Shown here: positions 1-8,776 of the stretch, piece after piece
Numbering within the stretch: position 1 is the first letter of the stretch
How the letters are laid out: each line of letters begins with the position of its first letter
Virus record (IMG/VR): IMGVR_UViG_3300018073_000012
Location: 1 to 39,667 of that record
DNA length: 39,667 nucleotides
DNA from: a virus
Lineage: Duplodnaviria; Caudoviricetes
Direction: 5' to 3' (one strand)
The notes under the pieces: generated by a model
The model's database searches: none
What the model was told of the DNA's origin: nothing
The model's input: the letters and a program-made list of their open reading frames with translations, nothing else
Program-made: the position numbers and the translations under genes

Positions 1-145
1 CGGTCACCAGCAGCTGCTTGGCGCAGCTGTCACGGTCCTGCTGAATGCGCGCCACCGCGTTCAGTCCCTCCTCGACCATCTGGCGCGCGTGCAGGTCGCT
101 CTCGGACGTTGCCGCCGTCAGGTGGTCCCCGTTACCATTCGTCAT
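1..145 (-). CDS. Hypothetical protein, truncated at window edge (MTNGNGDHLTAATSESDLHARQMVEEGL...)
   Basis: ATG at 145 overlaps the stop of 142..516 (ATGA); frame open to the window edge. Confidence 0.6.
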   Translation of the reverse strand, partial: MTNGNGDHLTAATSESDLHARQMVEEGLNAVARIQQDRDSCAKQLLVT

Positions 146-516
146 CGCTTGCATCTCCAGCTCCGTTTGTCCTGCGTCCAGACCTTTCGGAGGCCGTGCC
201 GACCGCAGATATCGGCACCCCCCGCCTTCGGCTTCCGCCGTACCTCCGCCTCGGTGGGCGTGTGAGCCCCGCCCAGCGGCATTACCAGATCAGGCACAGT
301 CAGCCGCCCCTCCGGCTGCGCCGTCAGCGGTGCCCACCGCTGCCCGAACACCAGCCCTCCTGGCACCGCCCCCGGCATCGGGGCCGCCAGATAGGCCAAC
401 AGCGGCCGCGGACGCGGCAGCGGCACCGGCTCGGGCGCAGGCCACAGCACCACGCCCGCCCACACCAGCGCCGTGGGCGTGGTCAGAGCCAGCACCTTAG
501 AACGGGAGAGGATCAC
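142..516 (-). CDS. Hypothetical protein, N-terminal hydrophobic segment, Pro-rich, two C-terminal Cys
   Basis: ORF track; co-oriented with the operon; start uncertain. Confidence 0.55.
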   Translation of the reverse strand: MILSRSKVLALTTPTALVWAGVVLWPAPEPVPLPRPRPLLAYLAAPMPGAVPGGLVFGQRWAPLTAQPEGRLTVPDLVMPLGGAHTPTEAEVRRKPKAGGADICGRHGLRKVWTQDKRSWRCKR

Positions 517-1114
517 CGCCGCGCTCCATCAGGTCATCGAGGCTCCCCGGCTTGTCGATCGCGTCGAGCGGGTCGTCGATCCGGGTGCGGACCGTCGTGA
601 CCTCCGCCCCGGGCCAGACCTGCTTGGCCTTGGCCAGCGCCGGGAACCCTGCCAGCAGCCGCCCGATCTCGTCGAGAGTGTAGGCGGCGCAGCGCCTGCC
701 CTCCGGGCGGATCGCCTTCAGGTCCTCGGTGGTGCGCGCCAGCAGCGCCACCGTGCCGTCCGGCAGGGTGACCTCCCAGACCTCGGGCGGGCGCGCGCTG
801 TGCCCGGCGGCGCGGGCGGCCTTGTCGAGCGTGCGCCACGCCAGCGTCATGCGCGCCGCCTCACGCTGGACGTCGACCAGCTCCCCGGTCTGGATCGCCT
901 TGGCGTACAGGAAACGCTGCCGGTCAAATTTGGCCCGCAGCGTTTCGTCCACCAGCAGGCGCAGCCTGCCGCAGCCCCAGTACGCCTCGCACTCGATCGC
1001 GGCGAAGTCGGCACCGTCGACCGCCGCCTGCCCCACGAGGTAGGTGCCGTTGCTCCTGTCCCAGCGGTTCGGGTTCGCCTCGGCCCGCTCCGCCTGCTCC
1101 GCCATCTTGCTCAT
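497..1114 (-). CDS. Hypothetical phage protein with acidic SSB-like C-terminus (DDLMERGGDPLPF)
   Basis: Start re-called at ATG 1114 (AGGAG RBS, ATGA overlap with the upstream stop). Confidence 0.75.
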   Translation of the reverse strand: MSKMAEQAERAEANPNRWDRSNGTYLVGQAAVDGADFAAIECEAYWGCGRLRLLVDETLRAKFDRQRFLYAKAIQTGELVDVQREAARMTLAWRTLDKAARAAGHSARPPEVWEVTLPDGTVALLARTTEDLKAIRPEGRRCAAYTLDEIGRLLAGFPALAKAKQVWPGAEVTTVRTRIDDPLDAIDKPGSLDDLMERGGDPLPF

Positions 1115-1761
1115 GCCCTTGCTCCTTTGCGCGGCTTCCCTTTCAGCATCTTGGCCAGCCGCTCCGCCAGACGCTCGTACGCCCTCATCCGGTTCACCAG
1201 CTCCCGGCGCTCGCTCTTGAACGGGCCCCACTGCTCGGCAAGCTCCAGCAGCTCCCGGTACGGTGCCACACGCCGCGGTGCGCCCGCCTGCAGGAACACG
1301 ATCCGGTGGGCGGGGTCGCGCCCGTGGGTCCGCAGCACCACCTCCCTGGCCTCCCGCTCGGCGGCCCACACAGGTGCCAGCACGCCGTCGATCGAGGCGA
1401 TCTCTTTCGCCAGTTCGGTGATCTCCAAACGGAGGTCAGACAGCTCATTTTCCAATTTCACTTTCTGGCTTTCGCCTGCCCCGGTTTTGGCGTGAGGCGC
1501 GGCAGTTTTAGTTCCCCGGGAGCTTGCTCGCTCCACTCCATGGAGCGAGCGGAGCACGCTTTGCTCCGCTCCCGGGGAACTAGACGCGCCGGACCGGAGC
1601 GGAGCAGATTTTGCTCCGGTCCTGCTCCACTCCATTTCAGAGCGGAGCAGATTGCCCTCATCTGAGTACCTCCTCACAAAGTACTTTAAGAACACCCCGT
1701 AAGTGTCATTTTCGTCGACCCGAAATACCACCGCATAAGGCCACCCGATCAGGTCAGTCAT
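1111..1761 (-). CDS. Hypothetical coiled-coil protein (true start may be GTG 1461)
   Basis: C-terminal ~115 aa look helical/coiled-coil; N-terminal half runs through the repeat array 1509-1653. Confidence 0.55.
   Translation of the reverse strand: MTDLIGWPYAVVFRVDENDTYGVFLKYFVRRYSDEGNLLRSEMEWSRTGAKSAPLRSGASSSPGAEQSVLRSLHGVERASSRGTKTAAPHAKTGAGESQKVKLENELSDLRLEITELAKEIASIDGVLAPVWAAEREAREVVLRTHGRDPAHRIVFLQAGAPRRVAPYRELLELAEQWGPFKSERRELVNRMRAYERLAERLAKMLKGKPRKGARA
1509..1690. repeat. Nested direct and inverted GGAGC/GCTCC repeats; putative replication origin
   Basis: 15-bp IR 1509-1523/1568-1582; 10-bp IR 1591-1600/1613-1622; direct repeats GCTCCACTCCAT (1530, 1624) and GAGCGGAGCAGATT (1597, 1640); AAAGTACTTT palindrome 1678-1687; just downstream of the primase-helicase. 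Confidence 0.6.
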
Positions 1762-3979
1762 TGGTCACCGTCCCGGGTCGATTTGAGGGGATCGAGCGGA
1801 CCCCGGTTTTCATCCGGCGGGTCATCGGGCAGGTGTAGTCAAACGTCTCAAGGACGTTCTCGCCGTGCCACTTCTTCAAGAGGTCCTTGGCCGCCTTCTC
1901 GGAGCACCCCAGCATCCGCTCCAGCACCTTCCCGGCCCAGCGGTCCTTGTTCGAGCTGGTCGAGGACAGCGTGTAGAACCGCCCGGAGGGCTTGCCGTCC
2001 TCATCCAGCAGGCCGCGGTCGATCGCGTCGAGCGTCAGCCCGATATCGTGCATGGTGACGCCATCGAGCGCGCCCGGAGGCCGCCACGGGACCAGCACGC
2101 CCACGTCATCCCCAGGGAATATCCCGGTACCGTTGTTGAGGGTGATCGTCCGCTTCTCGAACCAGCGGACCGCCTCGACCTTGCTGTGGTTGGCCTTGGC
2201 GTCGTCATAGCGGACGTAGCTGGTCCGGGTGTCCGCAGCCACGTCCATCGCCAGCGCCTCGTCCTCGGTCATGGTGAACAGGGTCGACAGGATGCGCGCG
2301 GTCCCGATCAGGGCCCCGCCGCCGCGGCTTGCGTCCGCGTCCCCAGCCATGCCGCCCGCGTACTTCTTGGTGTGATGCACCAGCAGCAGTCCGGTGCCGG
2401 TGGCACGCGCCACCTCCCGCCACAGGATGCCCGCCCACTTGACCTCGCTGTTGCTGTTCTCGTCGCCCATGAACGTCTCGGCGAACGGGTCCGCGACCAC
2501 GAACCCAATCCCCTCCGCCCGGATGGTTTCGATCAGCCGGTCGACCAGCGGCATCCGCACGATGGTCTTGGTTTTGGCGTCGGCCTGCGCAATGACGATG
2601 CTCTCCGGGTTCTCCGCCAGGAACAGCCAGCCGACCAGCCGCGCCGGGTCGACCCCCATCTCGCGGCACGCCGCCACCAGCCGCCGCTGCATCTCGTCGA
2701 CGTCGTCCTCGGAATTGATCACCAGCACCTTCTCGGGCCGCCGCGGCCGCCAGCCCGCCCACTCCATGCCGGTCGCGATCATGATGGCGATCTGCAGGGT
2801 CAGCAGCGACTTGCCGGACCCCGGTGGGGCGACCAGCACCGACAGGTTCCGCTTCAGCGCGAGGCCGGGCACGATCCAGTCCCGCACCGGTATCTTGGCC
2901 TCATCGATCGGGAACGCCGATCGCAGCGGCACCCGCTCAGGGGTGGCACCACCGGAAGGGTGAGAACCCCCTCCTGGCGGAGGGGGGTTCGCGCCCTCCC
3001 CGGAAGGATGCGGACGGGCCGCAGCCGCGACCATCTTGGCCGTACCCCAGCGACGGATTTCCCGCCGAAATTTGCGCCTGAATTCAGTCGGCCCCCGCCC
3101 GTCAGCCTCCAGTGCGGTCCGCTTGTCCGCAATCTGGCCACGCGCCGCCACCCGGCTCTCGTACAGCAGATAGGCGTCCTCGCAGGCAATCAGCCACACC
3201 GGCTCCGGCGGCAGCGTCGATGAGGCCCGGTACAGCTCCAGCACGGCGTGCCAGACCACGTTGCGCATCAGCGTCTCGCGGCCGTCGACGGTCTGCCCGA
3301 ATTCGTCTGACGCCTGCCCGGGGTCTGCGGTCCGCTCGCCCGCCGGGGCGGTCGCGCCGCCATGCTCCTCGACAAGGTCGAACACCGCGTCGACCAGCCA
3401 GCCCGGAGCCAGGGCGATCTCGATCTCCCACGGCGCGTAGCCCTCGACCCACGCATAGTCGCGGCCGCTCTCGTGCCGCGACGGCGGCATCACCGCAAAG
3501 CCCGCCTGCCCGCGGATGTCGACGCCGATCACGGTCTTGTTGGTCGGGATCGCAATGCCGGGCGGGGCCCGGAATAGGAGCTGCCGACCGCCGCCACCGG
3601 TGACCTGCTGCACCGTCTCCGGCTCGAGCCCTGAGTTCTCCAGCTCGAGCAGCCCGTGCCACCACGCCGCCGCCTGGGGGGTTTTCTGGGTGTCGAGGTC
3701 GAGCACCCAGACACCGCCGGAGCAGGCCCCGGTGATGATCCCCATGTTGGCCCGGTCAGCATGCTCGCCGCCGAGCCCGTACCACTTGGCAAACGACGGG
3801 TCTGGCACCAGCGCGTTCTGCAGCGGCACCCAGCCAGCCAGCTTGGGACGCTTCCACGAGCCGCCGCCGGAGGGCTCGCCGGGCCGCCAGCACGGGATCA
3901 CCTGCAGGCCGCAGGCACGGTACATCGCCGCCCACTGGGCGGGTCCTGCGAAGTCCGGGTCGAATGCGGGCACGGTCAT
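1754..3979 (-). CDS. Bifunctional primase-polymerase (Prim-Pol) fused to RepA/AAA_25-type helicase
   Basis: Prim-Pol motifs NMGIITG, VLDLD, TGGGGRQLLF, DIRG, VMPPS; Walker A APPGSGKS; Walker B VVADP; LVHHTKK and SRGGGAL; start MTVPAF at 3979 (ORF open to 4027). Confidence 0.9.
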   Translation of the reverse strand: MTVPAFDPDFAGPAQWAAMYRACGLQVIPCWRPGEPSGGGSWKRPKLAGWVPLQNALVPDPSFAKWYGLGGEHADRANMGIITGACSGGVWVLDLDTQKTPQAAAWWHGLLELENSGLEPETVQQVTGGGGRQLLFRAPPGIAIPTNKTVIGVDIRGQAGFAVMPPSRHESGRDYAWVEGYAPWEIEIALAPGWLVDAVFDLVEEHGGATAPAGERTADPGQASDEFGQTVDGRETLMRNVVWHAVLELYRASSTLPPEPVWLIACEDAYLLYESRVAARGQIADKRTALEADGRGPTEFRRKFRREIRRWGTAKMVAAAARPHPSGEGANPPPPGGGSHPSGGATPERVPLRSAFPIDEAKIPVRDWIVPGLALKRNLSVLVAPPGSGKSLLTLQIAIMIATGMEWAGWRPRRPEKVLVINSEDDVDEMQRRLVAACREMGVDPARLVGWLFLAENPESIVIAQADAKTKTIVRMPLVDRLIETIRAEGIGFVVADPFAETFMGDENSNSEVKWAGILWREVARATGTGLLLVHHTKKYAGGMAGDADASRGGGALIGTARILSTLFTMTEDEALAMDVAADTRTSYVRYDDAKANHSKVEAVRWFEKRTITLNNGTGIFPGDDVGVLVPWRPPGALDGVTMHDIGLTLDAIDRGLLDEDGKPSGRFYTLSSTSSNKDRWAGKVLERMLGCSEKAAKDLLKKWHGENVLETFDYTCPMTRRMKTGVRSIPSNRPGTVTND

Positions 3980-4064
3980 GGGCGCACCGTTGCGGCACGC
4001 TGGCGATAGGCTATAGTCATGGGACAACCTTCGCTGTTTTTGAGGATGGCAGGGTTCAGACGTC

Positions 4065-4095
4065 TTACCCCCCGGCCCGCGAAGCTGGGGGGTAA
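4065..4095. terminator. Stem-loop between the SSB-like and primase genes
   Basis: TTACCCCCCGGC...GCTGGGGGGTAA; T-run follows on the + strand. Confidence 0.45.
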
Positions 4096-4104
4096 ACTTT
4101 TGTG

Positions 4105-4139
4105 GTCAGCCGAAATCGTCAGCCGAAATCGTCAGCCGA
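4105..4139. repeat. 13-bp tandem repeat (GTCAGCCGAAATC x2.7) over the stop codon of the SSB-like gene
   Basis: Units at 4105, 4118 and 4131 (partial). Confidence 0.9.
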
Positions 4140-4862
4140 CACGGTCTGCGTGTTGCCCTTCGGAGGCGGTACCACCGTGCCGCCGGTCGAGGGCGCGGCA
4201 TCCCACGGAGGGTCCGACTGCGCCGCCGCAGTGCCGTTGCCATTCGCACCCTTCGCCGCCTGCAGCTTCGATGCCAGCGTCTTGGGAACGTAGACAAGGT
4301 CGCCGCGCGCCGCCCAGCCGATCACCTTGAAGCGCGGATGGTAGTTTGTGCTCGACTTGGTGCCGGAGCCGCTCTTGACCGGCTGCGGCTTGCCGTCGAG
4401 CGCGATCACCGGCAGCTGGCCGGGGTGGGCGTCCTTCTCGGCGAGGTAGACCTTCACGATCGCCTCGGTCGCGCCAAGGAACGCGCGACTGTTCTGCGCC
4501 AGCTCGCGGATCGGCTTGTCGCCGCCGCAGTCCTTCGCCAGCTTCATCATGAAGCGGACGCCGATCTTGTGATTGGTGTCCGGCAGCGCGGGCAGCATGG
4601 TCTTGCCCGCCACCACGTCGTCACGGCGAACCATGACAAAGTTCGGAGCGCCGCCCGTGTTGAAGTTGATCGGGCCGACCTCCAGATTTTCAAAGTCCGC
4701 CAGCGCCTTGAAGCTGTCGGTAATATCCACCGGCTGGCTCTCCCAGCCCGCGACGCCCTCAACGCGATCGATGCGGAAGAACCGCCCGGCCTTGGCATCG
4801 TATTTGAGGATGGGAGTAAAGTCGCCGACCGGTGCTTCGGTCGAAAATCCAAGTACGCTCAT
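4119..4862 (-). CDS. Putative single-stranded DNA-binding/recombination protein
   Basis: Sits between exonuclease and primase; beta-rich core, flexible linker and acidic/aromatic tail ADDFG. Confidence 0.55.
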   Translation of the reverse strand: MSVLGFSTEAPVGDFTPILKYDAKAGRFFRIDRVEGVAGWESQPVDITDSFKALADFENLEVGPINFNTGGAPNFVMVRRDDVVAGKTMLPALPDTNHKIGVRFMMKLAKDCGGDKPIRELAQNSRAFLGATEAIVKVYLAEKDAHPGQLPVIALDGKPQPVKSGSGTKSSTNYHPRFKVIGWAARGDLVYVPKTLASKLQAAKGANGNGTAAAQSDPPWDAAPSTGGTVVPPPKGNTQTVSADDFG

Positions 4863-4979
4863 TTCCGTAGCTCCTTACTTTGCCCTGATCGGCTCAAGGC
4901 GGCACCAATCCCGATTTGCCGGGAATTGCAGGAATTATTCAGACGACCTTAGCTCCAATCTATGTCGCCACACCATCCG

Positions 4980-5384
4980 CTACCGCTGGTGTTGGGTGCG
5001 CCGCGCGGCCGCTACCGCTTCGGGTTTCTGGATCGCCTCCCAGACCGTCATCGGACGCTTGCGCGGCCCAATCTTTGTGGTCAGGCGACGCAGCAGCCCC
5101 ATCTCCTCCAGCCGCTTCGGCCGCGGCGTGATCGAGCCCTCGGCCTTGCCGGTGATCTGCGACACCTCATAGGTGGTCAGCGGACCGTGATCGACGCAGG
5201 TAATGTAGAACAGCTTCAGCAGCCTGCTGATGTCGCTGCGCGCGGTGGCGGCGTGCGACGTCCATGGGTCGTCGTTGCGCGCGAATGCTTCGGCGTACGA
5301 GAACAGATCAGGAGTGTCACCATTGTCCCCATCTTTTTTCGCACCGTCCTTGCCGTTCCCGTTCTTTCCCTTCTTCCTCGCCAT
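4980..5384 (-). CDS. Winged-helix DNA-binding protein
   Basis: ARNDDPWTSHAA followed by GPLTTYEV...SITPRPKRLEEMGLL wHTH pattern. Confidence 0.65.
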   Translation of the reverse strand: MARKKGKNGNGKDGAKKDGDNGDTPDLFSYAEAFARNDDPWTSHAATARSDISRLLKLFYITCVDHGPLTTYEVSQITGKAEGSITPRPKRLEEMGLLRRLTTKIGPRKRPMTVWEAIQKPEAVAAARRTQHQR

Positions 5385-5385
5385 G

Positions 5386-6120
5386 TCACACTCCCCAGTA
5401 GGTGTAGGCTAGTTGTCGGGCCTGCGGATTAGTCCAATAGAATGCGTCGAGATCGGGCATCGTGATCGAGATGAAGAACTGTGGATCATCCGACAGCGCA
5501 AGAAACCGCTCGACCGTCTGTGCGATGCGCAACAACGCCATGCGATGCTCGCGGACATTCTCCAGCTGGTACGGGTTGAGTTTCTTCGGCGTCACATAGA
5601 TCAGCCGCGCATCGATGTTGTCCGACAGCGCATAGAGCGCGACCTGCCGGGCGTGGCCGGTCTTGATCTCACTCGGCATCTTCTCGGTGGTCTTGAGGTC
5701 GGCAATGATGCCGTGCTGCTGCCATTCGTAGTCGAAGTAGCCGACGATCGGCAGCTCGATGCCGACCGGCTTCCACTCGACGAAACCCTGCGTCTTGCTC
5801 GGCATGCCGTACTGGCGCAGCTCGGTGACCGCGCGCTCGACCATGTCGCCGATCGTGGTGCGGTACTGCGAGCGCCGCGGATCACCGGACAGGCAGGTCA
5901 GCGCGTCGTACTTGGTGAGCGCGATGTCGATGCAGTTGCGCATCGGTGCCATCATGTCCTTGAGGCCGTGCGTGACACCGTCCTCGACGGCGACGCCGCG
6001 GTGCGCCGGGACGCCGACCGGCTGCTTCTCGCCGAGTATCCGCTCCAGAACGAACATCGCTGGCTCCGCCGCGAAGATGTTGAGGCTGGAGGGCGAGTGT
6101 CTGACATAGCTGGCAATCAT
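5386..6120 (-). CDS. PD-(D/E)XK (RecB/Cas4-like) exonuclease
   Basis: HSPSSLN, RGVAVE, GYFD, IADLKT and QVALY motifs; start re-called at 6120. Confidence 0.85.
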   Translation of the reverse strand: MIASYVRHSPSSLNIFAAEPAMFVLERILGEKQPVGVPAHRGVAVEDGVTHGLKDMMAPMRNCIDIALTKYDALTCLSGDPRRSQYRTTIGDMVERAVTELRQYGMPSKTQGFVEWKPVGIELPIVGYFDYEWQQHGIIADLKTTEKMPSEIKTGHARQVALYALSDNIDARLIYVTPKKLNPYQLENVREHRMALLRIAQTVERFLALSDDPQFFISITMPDLDAFYWTNPQARQLAYTYWGV

Positions 6121-6353
6121 TGCTTGGGCCTTTCCGCCTCGTCGTGGGTCTTGAGCATCATGTCGAGCGACTTGATCAGCACGGCGCGCGCCTCGGCGCG
6201 GGCTCGCCGGGGCATGTTCAGCAGGCCGTAGCCCATGCACATCGTCAGCGCCGCCAGCGACAGCCGCAGGTCGCAGCCGCGCAGCGTCCGGGTGATCTGG
6301 CCGATCACGAACTTGATCTCGTCCGCGCTCTTCTCGATCTGGTCATCGCTCAT
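6117..6353 (-). CDS. Hypothetical protein
   Basis: ATGA overlaps on both sides. Confidence 0.7.
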   Translation of the reverse strand: MSDDQIEKSADEIKFVIGQITRTLRGCDLRLSLAALTMCMGYGLLNMPRRARAEARAVLIKSLDMMLKTHDEAERPKQ

Positions 6354-6724
6354 TTCAGCACCCCGTGTTCGCGCAGCAGCTCGACCGCGTCGTCCAGCGA
6401 TCGCGGCACCAGATAGGTGTGGCCGAGCGCGTCACACACCGCCCGGAACGCCCGCTGCTCCAGCGACATGCGGCCGAGCTTGGTTTTCATCTCCAGCCAG
6501 ATCGAGCGGCCCGCCGTCAGCATGATGCAGAGGTCGGCGACCCCCGCGGTCAGTCCCTCGGCCTTCATGCGGGCGGCGACCCGCGGCGATCGGCGGGCTG
6601 CATTGGGGATCGCGAAGCAGAGCAGCGGCACCTTGGCGTCGAGCCGCAGCCGCTCGATCAGGGCTGCCTGATCCGCGTGCTCGCTGGCCAGCCCGCGGTA
6701 CGTCTTGGCCGATATGGTTTTCAT
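6350..6724 (-). CDS. VRR-NUC domain nuclease (resolvase-like)
   Basis: SEHADQ, FAIPN, GLTAGVADL, WLEMKT, GRMSLEQ motifs. Confidence 0.88.
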   Translation of the reverse strand: MKTISAKTYRGLASEHADQAALIERLRLDAKVPLLCFAIPNAARRSPRVAARMKAEGLTAGVADLCIMLTAGRSIWLEMKTKLGRMSLEQRAFRAVCDALGHTYLVPRSLDDAVELLREHGVLK

Positions 6725-7182
6725 TGCAGCGACTTGCCGGTCGTCGACAGCACGCGGTGGGTGCGGCAGTACGGGCCGTGGCCGTCGACCGTGTCGCCGC
6801 AGAACAGGTACGGACTGTTACCGAACGGCCAGCGGCAGTCGCCGTAGCGCAGCTCCATGAACGGCACCCGGCCAAGCAGATGCGACTGCTGCGGCGGCAG
6901 CGTCGGGGCCGCCTTCTCGGCGGTCGCCCGCTTGCGGCCGGGGCGCTCGTCGGGCGGCTTCCGCTTCGGCTTCTGCGGCGGCTTCGGCGTGCCATGTCTG
7001 CCGGGCTTGTGGCCGTTCGATATCTTGACGCGGTAGGCGCAGCCGATACAGGCGTTCTTGGTGACCTCGGTGGCGAACTCCCGCGACAGCACCTCGGCGA
7101 TCTCGGAGTAGCGCGCGGCGTCCTGCATCAGGCACAGCTGGGTCAGCCGGTTGATCATTTCAGGGGTCCAGATCACCGGCAT
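6721..7182 (-). CDS. gcrA: GcrA-family cell-cycle transcription regulator
   Basis: N-terminal WTPE..RL..L / SEIA..L / VTKNACIG HTH; C-terminal CRWPFG...FCG...PYC..H. Confidence 0.88.
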   Translation of the reverse strand: MPVIWTPEMINRLTQLCLMQDAARYSEIAEVLSREFATEVTKNACIGCAYRVKISNGHKPGRHGTPKPPQKPKRKPPDERPGRKRATAEKAAPTLPPQQSHLLGRVPFMELRYGDCRWPFGNSPYLFCGDTVDGHGPYCRTHRVLSTTGKSLQ

Positions 7183-7382
7183 CGGTCCCGCTCCGTTTGT
7201 TTGATGTATCGGCGCACCTTGTCGATCGTCCGCAGCGTCGGCTGCAGCCCGCGGCGCAGCCGACGCACCAGATGCCCGTCGCCGGTCACCCGCTTGGAGA
7301 ACGTGGTCGGGGCCATGTCACGGGCGGCGCAGAAGGCGTCGATGTCATCGAGCAGCCCCTTAACAGTCGGGTGAATTCGCAT
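7173..7382 (-). CDS. Cro-like HTH regulator (alphaproteobacterial phage type)
   Basis: LLDDIDAF...MAPTTFSK...GDGHLVRRLRRG..PTLRTIDKV pattern; first gene of the operon. Confidence 0.75.
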   Translation of the reverse strand: MRIHPTVKGLLDDIDAFCAARDMAPTTFSKRVTGDGHLVRRLRRGLQPTLRTIDKVRRYIKQTERDRCR

Positions 7383-7390
7383 GGGCTAGC

Positions 7391-7418
7391 ACCGTAATGG
7401 ATTTTGTGCCATGGTCAA
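7391..7418 (-). promoter_or_regulatory. Putative sigma70 promoter for the replication operon (near-leaderless)
   Basis: TTGACC-N16-TACGGT, 8 nt upstream of ATG 7382. Confidence 0.45.
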
Positions 7419-7439
7419 TGCCTGACGGCTGGAGCGCAC

Positions 7440-7655
7440 ATGGCAATCTCATTCCACATCACTGACATTCTGCACATCGAGGCCCACGATCGCCACGGTG
7501 CCAGCAATCCGGTGTGTCTGATCATCACCGACAGCTCCGGCGACATGGCCGAAATCTACCTGCACTTCGATACAAAAGACCGCGCCAAGGCGGTCGTGGC
7601 GATCTTCGACACGATCTACGAGGGGACCAAAAACCCCTTTGAATGGCGGGAATAG
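7440..7655 (+). CDS. Hypothetical protein
   Basis: GGAG RBS before ATG 7440. Confidence 0.65.
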   Translation: MAISFHITDILHIEAHDRHGASNPVCLIITDSSGDMAEIYLHFDTKDRAKAVVAIFDTIYEGTKNPFEWRE

Positions 7656-7661
7656 GACCGC

Positions 7662-7690
7662 TTGACAGGGGGGTCTGGCTGTCCTACAAG
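7662..7690 (+). promoter_or_regulatory. Putative early sigma70 promoter
   Basis: TTGACA-N17-TACAAG; similar to the promoter at 39167. Confidence 0.65.
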
Positions 7691-7715
7691 AGGGCATCAA
7701 CAGCGGAGCACGCAC

Positions 7716-8672
7716 ATGTCCAACGACTTTCAAGACGACGACCTCTCGGCCTTATTCGGTGGCACCGGCCAGCCGCGCCCGCGTCCGACACCACCGGCTG
7801 GCTTCGTGCCGGTGCTGGAGCGCCTGCATAACGAGAGCTGCCCGAAGTGCGGCGGCAGCGGCCGGTTCAGCACCTTCAGCGGCCGGGATGGTGGCGATTG
7901 CTTCAAGTGCAAGGGCACCGGCAAGCTGACGTTTAAGACCAGCCACGCCGATCGCGCCAAGGCGCGCGAGCAGGTCGCCGTCCGCAAGTCGTCCAATCGG
8001 CAGGAGAACCTCGCGGCGTTCGCCGCCGAGCATCCCGAGACGATGGCATGGATGGAGGCCACCGCGCCGCGCTGGTCACTGATCGGCTCGTTCATCGAGG
8101 CCATCCGCCAGTTCGGTTCGCTGACCGAGAAGCAGATGACGGTCGTGCAGAACGGCATGCAGCGCGACGCCGACCGAAATGCGCAACGCGTTGCGTCAAA
8201 TGCGAATCGCGATTCGTCTGCGCCGGTCGTCGATGCCGCCGGTGTCGATCGCCTGAAGGCGGCGTTCGATCACGCGATCGCCTACAGCGCCGAGAAGGGT
8301 CTGAAGAAGTCCCCGCGCATCACGATCGGCAACATGACCATCAAGCCCGCCAAGGCGACGTCGAAGAACCCTGGCGCGCTGTACGTCACGGTGCAGCGTC
8401 CCAGCTTCGTTAAGTACCTGCCGGGCAACGAGGGCACCGACGACAGCACCTACCTCGGCAAGATTGTCGGCGCAAAGTTCTACGCGACGGCGGCGGTCAC
8501 CGCCGACCACGAGGCCCAGCTCGCGCTGTTCCTCACCGATCCGGCGGCGGCCGCTAAGGTCTACGGCCGGGAGACTGGCACCTGCTGCGTCTGCAACGCG
8601 ACGCTGATCAGCAAGTGGCGTCTGCGCGGCATCGGGCCGGTGTGCGCTGAGAAGTTCGGGTGGGGGGCATGA
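7716..8672 (+). CDS. Zn-finger protein with N-terminal CxxCxGxG pair and C-terminal DUF6011-like domain
   Basis: CPKCGGSG...CFKCKGTG; C-terminal CCVCNATL...GIGPVC; GGAG RBS. Confidence 0.75.
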   Translation: MSNDFQDDDLSALFGGTGQPRPRPTPPAGFVPVLERLHNESCPKCGGSGRFSTFSGRDGGDCFKCKGTGKLTFKTSHADRAKAREQVAVRKSSNRQENLAAFAAEHPETMAWMEATAPRWSLIGSFIEAIRQFGSLTEKQMTVVQNGMQRDADRNAQRVASNANRDSSAPVVDAAGVDRLKAAFDHAIAYSAEKGLKKSPRITIGNMTIKPAKATSKNPGALYVTVQRPSFVKYLPGNEGTDDSTYLGKIVGAKFYATAAVTADHEAQLALFLTDPAAAAKVYGRETGTCCVCNATLISKWRLRGIGPVCAEKFGWGA

Positions 8673-8761
8673 GAGCCACCCTCTCGGGCCTCGCCGAGAT
8701 CGTGTCGATCGCGCTGTTCTGCGGCACGCTTCTCCTGATCGCGATCCTCATTGTCTACTGA
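8669..8761 (+). CDS. Small single-TM protein (30 aa), below ORF-track cut-off
   Basis: MRATLSGLAEIVSIALFCGTLLLIAILIVY; ATGA overlap with the upstream stop. Confidence 0.55.
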   Translation: MRATLSGLAEIVSIALFCGTLLLIAILIVY

Positions 8762-8776
8762 ACTGGAGCAACGACC

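Noticed and set aside
5386-6120. Cas4 as part of a CRISPR system
   Set aside because: No cas genes or array, and no four-Cys Fe-S motif; an ordinary phage exonuclease
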